Source: Lingula anatina
Lineage: Eukaryota > Animalia > Brachiopoda
Assembly (NCBI GenBank): GCA_051362555.1
Contig: CM120648.1
Coordinates: 15,682,587 to 15,746,586 of the forward strand
Reading direction: 5' to 3'
DNA length: 64,000 nucleotides
Of the stretch, positions 22,361-36,970 are shown piece after piece (position 1 is the first letter of the stretch; every line of letters starts with the position of its first letter). The position numbers and the translations under genes were made by a program. Under the pieces are notes generated by a model, which saw only the letters and a program-made list of their open reading frames with translations, had not been told where the DNA came from and ran no database searches.

Positions 22361-25300
22361 AAGTATCAGTTGGATTTCAGTATGCCTCATGGAATGCCGC
22401 CATATTGGATTTTTCATAGACTGTCCAAAAGTATATAAATATCAATCACATGTGACTTATTTTCTTATTCCTTTTTATATTTATTTCTTTATTTTTCTTA
22501 CTCAGTATTAAAATATGCACTTTATGGTAAGATAGCTGGATAAATTGTTTCCTTTGTGTATTAACAATGTATCAATTTCTTACTACAGTAAGTTAGTCAT
22601 ATTTCTTCTTTATATATGGAAGATGGTGACAAAAAAACTCATCTACAGACAACTTTGATTATCAGTTTATTTCTATTTCATATTAGATTACATCATCCAA
22701 TCAAATACATATCAATAGCATATAAATATGCATATTTATTTTAAAATTACATATTAAAAAAATCATACAATTTTTTTATTACTTTCATGCATTTTGTTAC
22801 TCGTGGTTTTTTTGTGTTTGGATTGATTTCACTGAGAAGAAAATAAAGACCATCTAGACCTTCTCGTTGAAAAAGAAATATACAAATGCTGATATATTAA
22901 CCCTGACAGCTTTATTTTTTTTCCTACACATGGAGAAATTATTTTTTTACAAACAAGGTTTTCTACAGAATTTGGTAAAGGTTTAACACAGGATTTAGTC
23001 AATTGACTAGGATAAAATAAAAAATCAGAAAAAAGGATTTTCTTCTCTTCATCATTGCAAAAATTAACTAAATTTTGTAACTCAAGACAATCTTCTAATG
23101 CATTATGGGCCGAATAATTTCTGTGAAGTAATCTACAAACTAAAGTCTCTTGTTTATGATTGGGTAAATTAGGATAAAGTTGTCTAAAAAAAGGAAGTGT
23201 ATCAACAAAACCAGAAACATGTGAACAAAAATGTTTATAAAGATTGAAACGCTTGAGGAAATTGCACAAAACAATTGAATCAAAACTTCTATTATTATGG
23301 GCAACTAAAACTATATTCTTCCCAACAGAAGCAAGAAACTGAATAAAATCAAGAAGGGCAATTACTGGTTCTACATGATTGACAATTTCATTATAATGTT
23401 TCATCTGATTTGTTCTCTCGTTAAAAGTAATTCCAGTTATTCTTGAAGCTTCCGGTGATATTGGTAAGACTGGATTAACATATTTATTGAATGAGGATGA
23501 TTGATGCACTGCAGCAATTTGTGTTATTGCACTTTCCCTTCCTGTAAAATAAAATGAGTACAATGTTATATACTACAGTCATATTTAAGCTTCTATAAAA
23601 AGGTAGATTCCATTATAAGATTTATAAATGAAAATAAGAAAAAGAGTAGATGCAATCACAAGACAAACTTACTGTGACACATAGAAAACTGAGAGTTATC
23701 ATTTTAAAATTTGACAATAGAAATGGCTAGCATACCTAAACCAGTAGTTTCCAAGTCATAAAATACAGGTGTGCATGAAATATTTGGGGCTGGAATATGG
23801 TCTTCATCAGCTGATTTTGTGTCACCTACAACAATATTACTTGGCATTATATAAGAAGTTTAATGTTCTGTGACAGTCTTAATTATACCAATTCTAAAAT
23901 AAATAACCCAGCATTCAAAAGAGCATGGAAAATGAAAATAAAATTACCGCATGGAGTAAAGTACAATTTATCTTCTAAAATATACTGTTTATTTTCCTAG
24001 CATCAAAAAATAAAGTTATATGTGAATACTCATGCTCACAAAATCTTACCCAATATATTACACCCATAAGTGTCCCCTTCTCGCACTTCTTGACGTTTCG
24101 TATGATTAAATCTTTCTGCTTTAAGCTGGAGTCTTCTCAACTATAAATGGCAAATTAATAAATGTATAAAGATGTACAAGTATATGCAACAGCAGTTCAA
24201 TTTCTTAGTAAAAAATGTGTTTACAATTTCAGAAAGATTTAATATTTGAATGTTACATGTACCTTATACCTTCTTGATATGCTTTTGATTTTCCTTTGAG
24301 CAGATTGCCTGTCTAGAAGTCTTGTTCTCCGGTCTGTTGATTGCCCTGGGCTTAATCCAAGCTTCTCATGGGCCTAAGATTTAAAACAAGAGATTTTAAA
24401 TTATTAACAGCAAATTTTATTATCTTTTTAAAAATATTACAAATCCATTGCTGCAAATCGGTACAATTTTGCAGTGAATATTCAGTTATTCATAAATCTA
24501 TTACCAAATAGGAATATTGATATAACTAGGTACCTGTTTGATGTAACGATATCCTTCATTCTTTTGACAAACAGCAGCTGACAGTCTATGGACAAGACTG
24601 CCACTCTCGCTATAATGCTTGTCCTTTGGGGCCTTTGTCCTCAAAATATTGTTAAAGCTTTCATTGGGATTGCTGGTATCTATTTTGCTAAGTTTTTGGG
24701 GGTCCAGTTTTGAAAAAAAATTCAAAAGGTCTGTTTTCAAGTCTGCACTTTCCAATGCTGTGCCCCAAGGCAAATTCCTGTGCTTCTGGTTTCGTATGCA
24801 CCATGTGGAGCAAAAACTGTGGTCGTTGAACTGATGGCACACAACAGATTTCAGGCCCTGTTCTATTTGTTTAGCTTCCCCATTAGCTTGGGCCAACATG
24901 TAAAGGAAACTCTTCAAAATAGCATTAATTGTTTTTAAACTTAATTCCTTGTGTTTGCTTTTCATTTCATATAAATGAGAAGTAATATTTTTTTTAATAT
25001 GGTTTTTGTCATTTATTTTTTCCATAGTACTTGAAACTTCTCTTCTAGCTCTGTTAAAGGCAGTTGAATCGTCATCGCCTATAAGTTTTTTAACAAGAAC
25101 TTTTTTTGTTTGGTGTTTTTTAGAAGTTCTACAACCATATCTGGCTCCATGGCCTTTGCTGAGCCTTCCCAATTCCTACGACATTTGTGATCTTTGGCTG
25201 GTCTTCCTGCCACCTTTGCAATACTACAAAATCTGCATTTTTTGCACCGAGTTGTGTAGCCAATTATTTTGCCTGTTTTTTTTCCCAATAAGAGAAGCAG

Positions 25301-27108
25301 TTCCTGAAATTTTAATGTCAAACAGTCAGGTAGATGCTGTGAGCTTAAATTGTTATGTCCGTGTAATATAATATAATATAATATAATATAATATAATATA
25401 ATATAATATAATATAATATAATATTTTTTATACCTGAAAGACTGTTGTAGGACCGTCCTGACCCTCTTTTCTGATAGGCCCCATCTGCAGAAGCAGATAT
25501 TGTGTCACACTCTAAATAGTATAAGAAAATGACTATGACATAATGTAACGTGGTATAAAATTAATTTCTTTAAAAAATAAAATTATTGAAAGCAAATAAA
25601 TTTAATATAATTCAAAAACAATGCATGAATTACTGGATAATTACCATATTCTTCATCAACTGGAATTGCAGCATGGCAGTCACCTGTAATGAAAAGCATC
25701 CTTGACTTAATTCTTCTACATGTATTGTATAGGACATTAATTATTTTATATGAAAAATCAGTTGATTAACATCTTAAAAACAGTACCCTGTTTTATCAAA
25801 TGCATGGACATGCCTTGTATTGTACACTTCATTCAACATATAAAATTACCTCTTTTAGTTAGTTCAACTTCTTCCTGAAGTGCGTCATCTGTTGACTCTC
25901 TTGCTAGTTTTTCTATTGTTGAGCCAACCTCCTCACTTCTGTGTTGTATTAAGTTATTCGACATGGTTGGTAAGTTTACAGTTGACAATAAGTTGTTAAG
26001 CTGTGTGCCACCAATACCGATGTGATACATGGCTGTCAAAAATAAATTAATTAATAAATTAATTTTTAATTAATTTTTTAATTTTAAATTTAATTAATTA
26101 ATAATTATATATAACAATTTCAACTTCCAGTACCAGTATAGTATTTTTACGTTCACATTTACTTAAAATAGCAATTCAATTATCTCATCTTTTTTTTTTC
26201 ACACTGCAAATACCATGTGCTGTGTACATGTTTTGTATGGACGGGAGTAAATCACGATTTTTTACTCATTAAACAACCAATAAATGGGTATGTTACTAAC
26301 TATATTGCAAGTTCATTTTGAACTAGAAAAAGGAAAAAACAGTACCTGTAACTATTTTGGTGTTTGCGTCAAAGATCTTTGGTCCTCTGGTGTGTGTTGT
26401 ATGGGTTTTGTCCATGGGTACTTTTACAAAGCCATTACAAGAAGAGCACCGTAACACTAAATGTCCGCTCACGCCAGATGGAAGCACACCTATTGCATCT
26501 TTCCCGAAGAGTTGAAAATTGCACTCTTTACAGATCATATTGTTCAATAACACACTTAAATCAACAACAAAACGCGATGATTCTAATGATTGTAACTTAT
26601 CACAAAAGAAAAGAGCATTGTTTTCGGCAAACGAATCACGGTAACAATAACTTGAGTGGTCTGAAATCAATGCAGAAGTAGACAATGTCTTGCTGCACAC
26701 ATCGTAATCATGGGTCAAATCAGCACAAGGGACTTCATGGTCAAAAAACAAGCCCTTGTGAATATTTTCCACGGGATTACATCTTGTCACTGTTGCACTA
26801 GCCTTACTAAAACGTCCTTTTCCATCCCTTCTCCGCGATAATTCTTCCATCGCTGCGTTTGTAAACAAAGTCGCACGTGGGTACTTAACGTCGTAAAAGA
26901 CCAAGCGTTCACTGATACGCAACACATTGATGACATATTCGTAGCGCTTCGACCAAAATAACGTCAAATATTTCATCCGATATTTTTAAAAGGATAAATT
27001 ACATATTTTATTGCATGTTATACTTTCATAATTAGCCGCTATCGCAAAAAACTACTCATGCGCGAAATCTGCGCAGATCGCAAAAAAAGCTAATATGAGA
27101 GAACGTCC
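22361..27108 (-). mobile_element. Kolobok-like DNA transposon; left boundary not resolved
   Basis: Right terminus ...GAGAGAACGTCC|TTAA (27108), shared with a second copy ending at 57306|TTAA. 22361-22760 matches 55841-56255. Contains the transposase-exonuclease gene. Confidence 0.75.
22747..26850 (-). pseudogene. Spliced DDE transposase fused to a C-terminal DEDDh 3'-5' exonuclease (about 886 aa once three homopolymer frameshifts are corrected)
   Basis: Exons 26850-26346, 26032-25850, 25683-25645, 25511-25434, 25303-24534, 24373-24263, 24140-24050, 23825-23736 and 23541-22747, all GT-AG and phase-consistent. Transposase: CxxC..CxxC, DGAYQKRG, CxxC..HxC, GDDDS, DKNH, NPNESFN. Exonuclease: DLETTG, HNNRSFD, SAHNALED. 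Frameshifts at about 25280, 25104 and 22872. Confidence 0.85.
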
Positions 27109-27112
27109 TTAA

Positions 27113-29010
27113 TGCATGTTGAATTGTTAATTTGATTTTGATACTTAAAATACATGTATATAGGAAATAAAGCTTTGTTGTTAAACGGTGTTCATGGTAA
27201 GTTTTGTCAGTCGAAGATTAAACCCATTTAATAAAATGGAGAATGAAATTTCCTTATTAATTCAGCTAGAATATGTTTGAAGACTGGTCAGAGAAGGCCA
27301 AGAAATATGACAGAAAATAAAGTGGTTAATCCAGGTGCTGAAAAAAGGAAGTGTGAGGAGGATTGGCTCACTTCCAAAAGGAGTATATTGTTTTCTCATT
27401 TATCTACTTGAAAAAGTATACTATCTACGGTTAGAGGACACCAATGACCTGATAGATAAAGCATTTGTCAATCATGGAGTAACAAGAAGAGTCCCTAGAA
27501 AGTGCAGCAATTTATTGGAACTTCATCAGAATTTGAGAGCTGATACATTTCGATTAGCTTTTCGATAAAGGAGTTTTTTGTCTTGTTCATTTCATTGAAG
27601 ATATTCATGAATGCAACCTTAAATTGAGCGTATGTTACTAAAACGCTGATAAGGGATATCAATATTTTAATCTTTCAAGCAAAGATCAGTATGACATATT
27701 ATGTAGCAATTCATTGACCTGGTCTTGAGTACTGGTGGAGCAAAACAATCCAGGGTGTATGATGGCATGATATAAGTTCTTTTCGATTCAAATTTCATTT
27801 CTCTCTTATAGGGCAAAAAATTAAGTCTATTATTTGAAGTTCTGTTGGTTTGATGTGTTTGTAAAAATAAAAAAAAATCAAGTGTTTCTGTCTTTTTCTT
27901 TAGTTGAAAAAATATCTAAAAATTTTCATGAGTCAAAACTTTGCATGTTTCTTATTCACTTAAGGAAACAAGAGCACTATTATGGGAATGTCAGTTAAAA
28001 TGACTTCTACCTATAGATAACCTATAGATATTATGATTATAAATATTTTTTGTATGTAGTTTCGATCATTATACTTTCAAGTAATTCACTTATTTATACG
28101 TACATATCCCATGAAAATGATGATTATGTGTTGTAGCCTGAATAGTGAGTTGATTGATTGATGCCCATTTGTGTTCACTATTATTTGTTGAAGAAGTAAT
28201 CTATTTTTGATAATAAGTAGACTACCTGTACTACATGTAGTCTGAAGTTTCTGTGAACATGTTGAAGGACATTCACTTTCTCTATAAAATAATAACATAT
28301 ACAAAAACGTGGGTTGTTTGTTGTTTTCTTTTTTCAAATAATAAAGATTTTAGGCTTATCTTATTTTTAATTAATTTTGTATGCCATAGCATTATAGAAA
28401 ATGCACTGCTGGTGGAACAATGGCAATATAAGCACTTAAGCAAAGGATAGAAACTTGCCAGTTGAAAAGGGTTAACATCTTGACCGGTGTCACATAAATT
28501 TCAGTAACAAATGCCCAAGATATAAGAATGGAGGTTTAAATTTTCAAACGTAAGCTTTGATAGAGGGACATTACCTTCTTTTGTAAAGTATACTGTTTAA
28601 ATTTGCCGTAATTAGAGGAAGTGAGCAGGTATTACTGGCCAAGACAGGAGCAACACCAATCTAAATTCTTACATTTTCAGACATCAATATATCGCCAACA
28701 AAATAAAATTCCACGAAGATCTATTTTGTATTTTATCACCCTAATGTGCCATATAAACACATTTAGGTTTTACAGTCATAGGACCTCTACCAGTAGGTAT
28801 ATGATTCTTTGAAAATTGCTATGTTCAAATATGGTTTTGGGGTGCAAAATATGGGTACAGTGTGGACTAGGTGGGTGAAATTTTTCTGTTTGAATGTCTT
28901 GGGTGAAAGAATATTGATTGACAAAATATCATATAGGAATATTGTAAATATATAGCTAGATAAGGGGGAAATAAGCATATATATAGTAGATGAGAAATAT
29001 AACCATGAAG
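27113..29010 (+). mobile_element. Decayed 3' part of a Sola3-like DNA transposon
   Basis: Diverged inverted homologue of about 59400-61420. Residual reading EKRKCEEDWLTSKRSILFSHLST. Confidence 0.55.
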
Positions 29011-31545
29011 CCTTAAGAAAGATGTCGTCTTGGATGCTGATAGATAATATCACCGACATCATCCAATGCCCTCTGGTTCAAGATTTGGATTCAGCAGCCT
29101 TTAGTGCCTCTTCCTGTTTTACATGAAGTTCATTTGATTAATTAAATGTATGGATATGCTTTTAGACATATCCTTTAAACAATTAATGTTAAATTTAAGT
29201 TTATTCTGAAATAAGCCATTTTAGTCTTTTTTTAAAGAAAACTGGACTTTGTCTTATCTCCCCTTATGCAACATTTTAGTTCATAAAATTATTCTTGTGT
29301 ATATATATTTACCAAACTCTTTGCTCTTAGATATTTTTATTTTTAATTTAACTTCTTCTGGAAAAGGTCCAGCGGCTTTGAATGCATATATATGGAGTAG
29401 GTACAGAAAATGGATAATCAGCTACACTGTTGTAAGCTATGATATCTTACACAAACAGTGATAAATGTCGAATGTACCCTTAGCCTTATTAAGATTGTAT
29501 TTGATGTATTTGGGCCTCAAAGTCAAAATCAAACATTTTAACAAGTACAACATCTTCCTCAATACTGACTACGAAATAAAAATCTTGCAGTAGCGTAGAA
29601 ATTATTATTATAGTAATTTCCACTTTTATGTAATGATGATGTTAATTTTTTCCTTGTATAAACTGAAAAGTTAGGTCACCTGCTTTTCTTCAGTGTAGAA
29701 ATATGAGAAACAAAAGGGGCGACAAAAAATCATGATATCACAATTGTGTGAGCATAAAAGTAAACAAGACGTGTATATGAGCCTTATTATTATTATTATT
29801 TTTTTTTTTGGTATTTTAACACTAAAAAATCTGCTGTGCTGAAACATGCATTTTGGAAGAAAGTTGAATATTAAATACAGCAGCTCTTACACGGTCAAGA
29901 TACAATACAGCTTTGGTTTTCATGGCAAAATGATTTTCTCACGGTAAAAGCCCATTTGCTTTTTGGAACAATGCAATAACTGCATTGCATTAACCCTCTT
30001 TGTTTAATCTACTCATTGACCCTTCTCAATGACAAAAGTGTATATGTTTTACTTAACTGCAATTAAGATAATCAATTGTATTTATGTAGCAAATGGTTTG
30101 TTTTAGTGGTATAACTTTTTGGTAATACATCAACGTTTTGTTTATAGGAAATTAGTCTTAGTTTGGGTCTTGTGTCTGCACATTTTGACATTAAGTAGTT
30201 GGCCAAGGCAAGGCGATTACAGATGTCCAGGGTTATGTCTAGGCACACACATTTATATTTTACGAAAGATGTTTTGGGGACTAATTCTATCGAGCTGCAT
30301 CAGTGAGAAGACATTCAGCTTTGTAGCTGCGGAGATATTTACCCGCAGTTTTAGCAACTACACTGTATCATTACTTACGTTTCTTTATTGTTATTTGTAC
30401 ATTGGTTACCAGCCATCACATTTTTGTGGTTTCAAGATTTGTGGACGACCAGTTTTCTTGATACTTGGTGACTGTATTTTCTTCGGATAATATTCTATTT
30501 TCCCAGCCACCAGTTGTGTTATATGTTTTCTTTTATTTGAGTGACTTCAAGTTCTGGGATAACACACCGGGTAGTAATTTTATATTATCTTCAATTTTCC
30601 CCTTATTCATGTGTTCTAATCATTAGATTTATAATTTGTCGTGTGCTGCAGTTGTTAACTATTTGTTTAGATGTCACTGCGTCATCTTATTCTAAAAAAA
30701 ATCTTCTTGTGTGTAGCTATTATATTTATGCTGAATCTTACCGAACCAGGTAATGCCGCCTTTTATTTTCATTTGCGCCATCTTATTGCTCCTATAGCTG
30801 TGGTGAGTTCTCATATTTTTCTTAATTAATCCTGGTTACACTCATTAACATACTTTATTATTTTTATATTATGGCACCTATATAGTTTTGGGGACTATTG
30901 ATTACAAGGTATCTCGCCAATTTTGTAACTTTGTAGCTTATTCGTTTTCTTCATTAATAAATGACAATTTTCAGTCTTATGGTCTTATCTTACTTAACTT
31001 GGAGCAAAATCAGAGCTTCGTTGTGCTTGTGAACATTTGGCTACATGAAATATAAGTTTTCATCAATTATTGACTCAATGTATTTATTATACAATCTGTT
31101 AAGATTCAGAAGAAAGAAAACGATGAACACATAAATGAAATTGTTCTTCAACTTAAATAATTTCAAAACGGTTTAATGTACATCTTTAATACTCAACTAT
31201 TTATATCATGTCTGCTGTATATTTACTTAACATGGATCAGTAAAAATAAAATATTTATAAAAAAAACATGGTTATAATTTTTTCTTTAGACTAAGCGCAT
31301 TATATACATATGCTTTATAATTAACGGTTTTGTGTACAGCTAGAAGAGTCAATTATATGTATGATGTATGTTGTAAACTTACTATATATGGCACAGTAAA
31401 AATAACATATTTTATAGACCTAAAGATTATCATTTTTTCTTTAGCCGATGTATATTATATTAATGCTTTAAAAAAGTTTCATTTGTTCTCAGCAATCACA
31501 AGTATGTTGGACACTGAAGTGACGATATGATGTGACATTTCATAC

Positions 31546-34500
31546 TTAGAATGATGACAGCATGTACATACCAAATGAATTGAACGCACTATTCCTTATG
31601 ATATACGTATCTTTTGAAAGATCAACTCTAACTCTGTCACTTCCTTTAAGATGCATTATTCCCGTTAAATAGACGCAATCAATCCGAGGTGACCCAGTTA
31701 AATACCTTGTCGTATAAAGCCTTCTTTCCCATTTATGTCCACTGTTTATCTGGATCTCATGGTCAAAGGCTTCATTTTTTGGACCTCTCAAACACAGTTG
31801 ACTATACACGAGAAAGTGTCCCTCTCGCCCCACAGTTAAGTACCCTTTGGTGACGTTATATCGGACGTCTCCAGTGAGAACACTATTTGTGTGTGGACCG
31901 GTTCGCCAAGTAAAAGCTAAAATATAAAACAGAAGTAACTAATGTTTCACATTATGTCAATGGCTATCAGTTTTTTATACATGCAGTGGGATGATGATTA
32001 ACAATATAGTTCTTTTTAGAACATACCTACACGAAAAAAGAAAAAAAAAAGTGATAGATAGACGTAACGTTGTTTAAAACGATTATTTAGTACAACATAG
32101 AACATTGTTAGTGAAGCATTCCGCGTATACACATTTTAGAGGTACAATGGGGAAATATTTTGAAATATACACAATAACTTAAGTTAATTTTAGTATCTAT
32201 ATGAGATAACAACCAAGGTATTATAATATTTGAGAGAAATAATTGCATATCTTAGAAAGAAGAATAATGGTCAACAGCCGAATTTTGGAGTCTGACACTT
32301 ATCCAAGCTTCTGATTAAAATTGCCAAGAGGTGATTTCACCCAAAGTCAATGACTGTATATCATCTTGTAATATTAAAGGATTTGCACAATCAAAATATT
32401 CAATTATTAAGCATATGTCAGTATTTTACCGAACAAAGTCACCTCCTTGTTAAACATATTTAAAACAACTGTCATGAGAACTTACGAGAAGTGTCACTGG
32501 TTTTCCAGCCTATCAGATGGGCAAGTGTCAACGGGACGGAGACTTTCCTGGATGACTGGAGTAGGTCAGTGACGTTAGCTTGGAGACCTAGAATAAGGGA
32601 TATATAAACATAAATATATAAATTATGAGTAATAAATAAATTAATAAAGTTAACGCGACACACGGGAATTCAGGTATCCTCATGCTTTCCTCGAATACCA
32701 TGTTTAGTAAAACAGAAATAACTTTATTTGTTCACAACTGGATAAACTGTTCATAACTTAAGATTAACTATTACCTTAAATCCCCAACTTTAAACCCCTT
32801 TCAAATCACTAAAACGAAAATGACACCCTGTCTGTTCCCAGAACGAAAATGTTTCTTCGGAATAACAAAACGTTATATTTACCATTAAACATACTTTCCA
32901 AGGAATCCAGTTTCTGTGTGATGTTGTTCATCCTTCTCTCTTGACTGCCCGTAGCCAGCCTCGACATATTTCTCAGCACACCTTAAAAGAAAGGTACCAA
33001 CAGTGTTTCCTCCAATGTAATTACAAAAAAAAAAAATAATAATAATGTGTTATTTTTATGAAATAAAACTAACAAATTAGACATAAAGGTCCTATAAATG
33101 CCCATCTGTATAAAATAGCATACGCAGGAGTGACACACAATTTAAAAATGTGTCGAAAAGGATAATATTTCTAAAAAAAAAACACTTTGCTAAAGTGATG
33201 GCATATTGTGGAAACTATAGATACGAATTTTATTTCAAATGTATCTGTAATTATTGTCACTATAAGCCAATAAATAATTGAAGATAAGAAAGTTGACTTT
33301 ACACCTTGTGCAATACAAAAGGTTTGAATATAGACAGTATTTGGTTATGGAACGGTTTATACAAACGAACTATAGTTTCAGGGTTACCGAATTCCTAGGA
33401 GTGGCATAGATTGAACCTGGCAGCGTTTAACGCCCATCACACCCGAAGGTTGCCCAATCAATTCAACCAATAGACAACGTGCGTCAGCCTAAGCTCCCCT
33501 CTCCCAATCGTAAATATTTTATTGCCCCATCGGTGTTGCTTATCTTCTATTTCTGTTAATCAGTAGCAGATACAGTTAAGAGGTGAGACAATGGTTACAT
33601 GGTGCACGGAATAAACCTGGTTACACTGGGAAACTCACAGGTATTGTTAAATATCTTTATCATCCAGCTATATATCATTATCCCCGCAGAACATTTTTCT
33701 CTACAGGTCTTCCTTATTGGCCGACCCGCCTTGCACAGCAGAGTTTCGGTATAAATAATGTGCGACACTTTCATACGTTGATTAAAACGTCTAAATTTTA
33801 CACTGTAAAAACAGTATTTAGCTTCTAAACACATTTCTAAGCGCTTCATTTATTCGACGCGTTTAGCTCCTAAGCACGTTTAGCTCTTAAGCCGCACACG
33901 AACGAAACGTCAGTGCCTCGATATGAAACCAGACATCTTTTGTGTTTTTAATCTCCAAATACGAAAAAAAATGCCTCGATATGAAACCAGACAACTTTTG
34001 TGTTTTTAATCTCCAAATACGAAAAAAATTAATTAAGCTAATAAATAGGCTAACGTTAATAACGTATTATATCGTTTGTTTTATATTAATTATTATTTAA
34101 GATCATAATAATAAACAAGTCGCATTTCGATGTACTCCATGCTATGCCCTTTATATAAAAATAGCAATTTTTACGAGATTACAAATTGTATCGCATTGTT
34201 TGATTCCATTGCCTCGCTTTCAAAAATTAGAACAGGCGCTCCAAAATCGTAAACCGTAAAAAAATTATATTGGCCGAGTTCCCCCACTGTTAAGAATATC
34301 CTCGCAGCATTATCTGCAGTTAACACCTTCCTACGATTTTCAATGTATTTTGCAGTATAATTTACAATCCTACAGATGAAGAATTTTATTAATCAAGAGT
34401 GGGGGAGGTGTGAAAATCCCCATTGGGGCCACATATAACACTATAAATACAATGGGAATCCCTTTAAAATGAAGTAAAATAAATGTTTTTCTAAGGAATT

Positions 34501-36918
34501 CAGACGGATTTACTTTTTACAACATAAAATCAATAGAACATTTCTAATATAAACTTTCAAAAAGACACCAGAGAGCTAATGAAATAAAATCAACCAGACG
34601 GTAAACACCGGCAGGCTTTGTCAATTTCACCAACTTCATTTCAAATAGCGCACTTTTCGCACATGCGCAGTTGTTTGAAGCCTGTGCTCTCCTAAGCCAT
34701 TTGGCTCCTTAACACGTCACACGAATGTGTTTAGCAATATAACTTGTTTGACGCCTAATAAATGTATGGTGTACCTGTTTAACTCTTAAGTGCTAAGGGT
34801 TTCATCTGTTTTAGCCACACACGCACCCACACATAATGTTTTTGTCAGCTGGGTCATCATTTTGCATGGAGTTAAAACACCCATAACGTTACCATAATGT
34901 TCTTCTATGCCATTACCAGATATCAGTCGATAACGTCGTGAAAACGTTATTTGTTATTTGGATTATTACTAAAAGGTACATATGAACCGAGCAACGGTGG
35001 AGCGTGGGTTGCCAGTAACACATATCTAGTAGGCTTGTTAAGGACCAAAAAATGGCCAAACGCTGCATTTTGTAGTACAAATGTCTAACTTGGCATAAAT
35101 GTTCCTTGGGCCAAAAGAAAATTTTTTATCCAAAGAGACGCCCTCTATCGATACATTAATTAGCATAAATTATGCAAATTATGTGCCAAAATATATAATA
35201 TTTCATATTTCCATTAATTTATGGCCTAGAAACATGTATAGATTATCAAACCTGACTAAATTAGGGACAAGGAACCCATTTTTGATCATTTGGAAGCAAT
35301 TGGTGGCCATTTTGTGCCTCAAATCCAAGATGGCCACCACCCGCCATTTTGAAAGTAGACATAATTTTGCTATTTTATGTTGAATTTTGAAGCGTTTGGT
35401 CTAACTATACTTGATATATATATCGATTCTTACTATTTTGGGGGTGCAAAAGTCATTTTTGATATTGTTATGGTGATAGTAGGTGATTTGAAGGAACAAA
35501 GAGGGTGTTTTAAGTGCCTACCAAGATATGTGTGCGTATTCAAATATATCTCAATGCAATTTTTCGTTATATACCATCGCTATTGGACTATATTATGAGC
35601 AAAAAAACATATTTTACCATTATGGAGGCCATTGGTGGCCGTTTTATCCTCAAATCCAGGATGGCCGCCAAAAACCATTTTGAAATTGGGCATAATTCGC
35701 TATTTTGAAACTATATGTATTACATCTTTGTAAATGAGTAATACGTCGTTATATATTATTTTCTGGTGCAGAATACATTATCTGTTTCATGAAATGTGAG
35801 TACAAACTATTTTAGCCTCCAAAATCAATATGCATGTAGGCTTAAGTTGTCAAATAGACTTACATGTGCCATGTACAGTAGTCTAATTAGTACAAAATGT
35901 TTTATTAAATCCTAAAGAGCTTGAAACAAGCGTCAGAGATCAAAATGGCTTAATTAAAGGTAAAGAACATATACCTGGTGCTTTGAAGACAATTGGTAGC
36001 CATTTTGATCCTCAAATCCAAGATGGCCGCCAGTCACAATTTTGAAATACGGGTAAGGCATAACTCATCAATTTGAAGCTATTGCTCTTACACTAGCATG
36101 TTATACATCGTTTCTTATCATTTGGGTTGTAGAAGTCGTGTCTTATCTCTTCTGAGATATAATACAAAAATAAAAAATATATTACAAGGCTCCAACACCA
36201 ATACAGGCTTACGTCTTCACCTTGTATACGTCTTGAAGTCAAATTTGTGCAAAAATATGTTATATAACAATTATAAAATGGTTTTGCCAGACATAGATTA
36301 AGTGCAAGAGACCAGCATGGCTGATTCGACTTTATGGTGACTACTGTTAGCTATTCTGTTGTTCATATCCAAGAGCCTGTCACTATTTTAAAATTATGGC
36401 ATAATTTACCTTTTTAAGCTGTTGGACTTTCATATATGATCGTAATACATCAATTGTTACTATTTTGGAAGTACGTAATTAATTTCCGGTGTTATTCTGG
36501 TGACAGAGGATAATAACAAAGGCATAAGGTGTTTTAAGATGATTCCAAGATGAATTTTCTTGTAGTTGTCATATACTGTAGATGTTTTGTGCTTGTTCGT
36601 CCATTGGAAACAATGAGAACTATGTAGTTGCCTTATGGATTTCTATTGGTAGTGAGATGACTTGTCTGGCCAAATCATGCTAGGAATGATCACTGGCACT
36701 GTCAACTAGGAAAAAAAGCTGCTTCCTCGACTTTTTTGCTTTATCCCTCTTGCCTACCTGCGCAGCTGCTGCTTTCTAGTTGGTTTTGCAGATTCCTTCT
36801 TTTGTGTAAAGATACCATGTAAAGATACATGTTCTCATGCATTGATGTTTCTCTGGAAACTGGATTTTAATATATTGTTTGGCTGTTTCTTATTGGCCTT
36901 CCAGAGCTGATCATGCAT

Positions 36919-36970
<52 letters not shown>

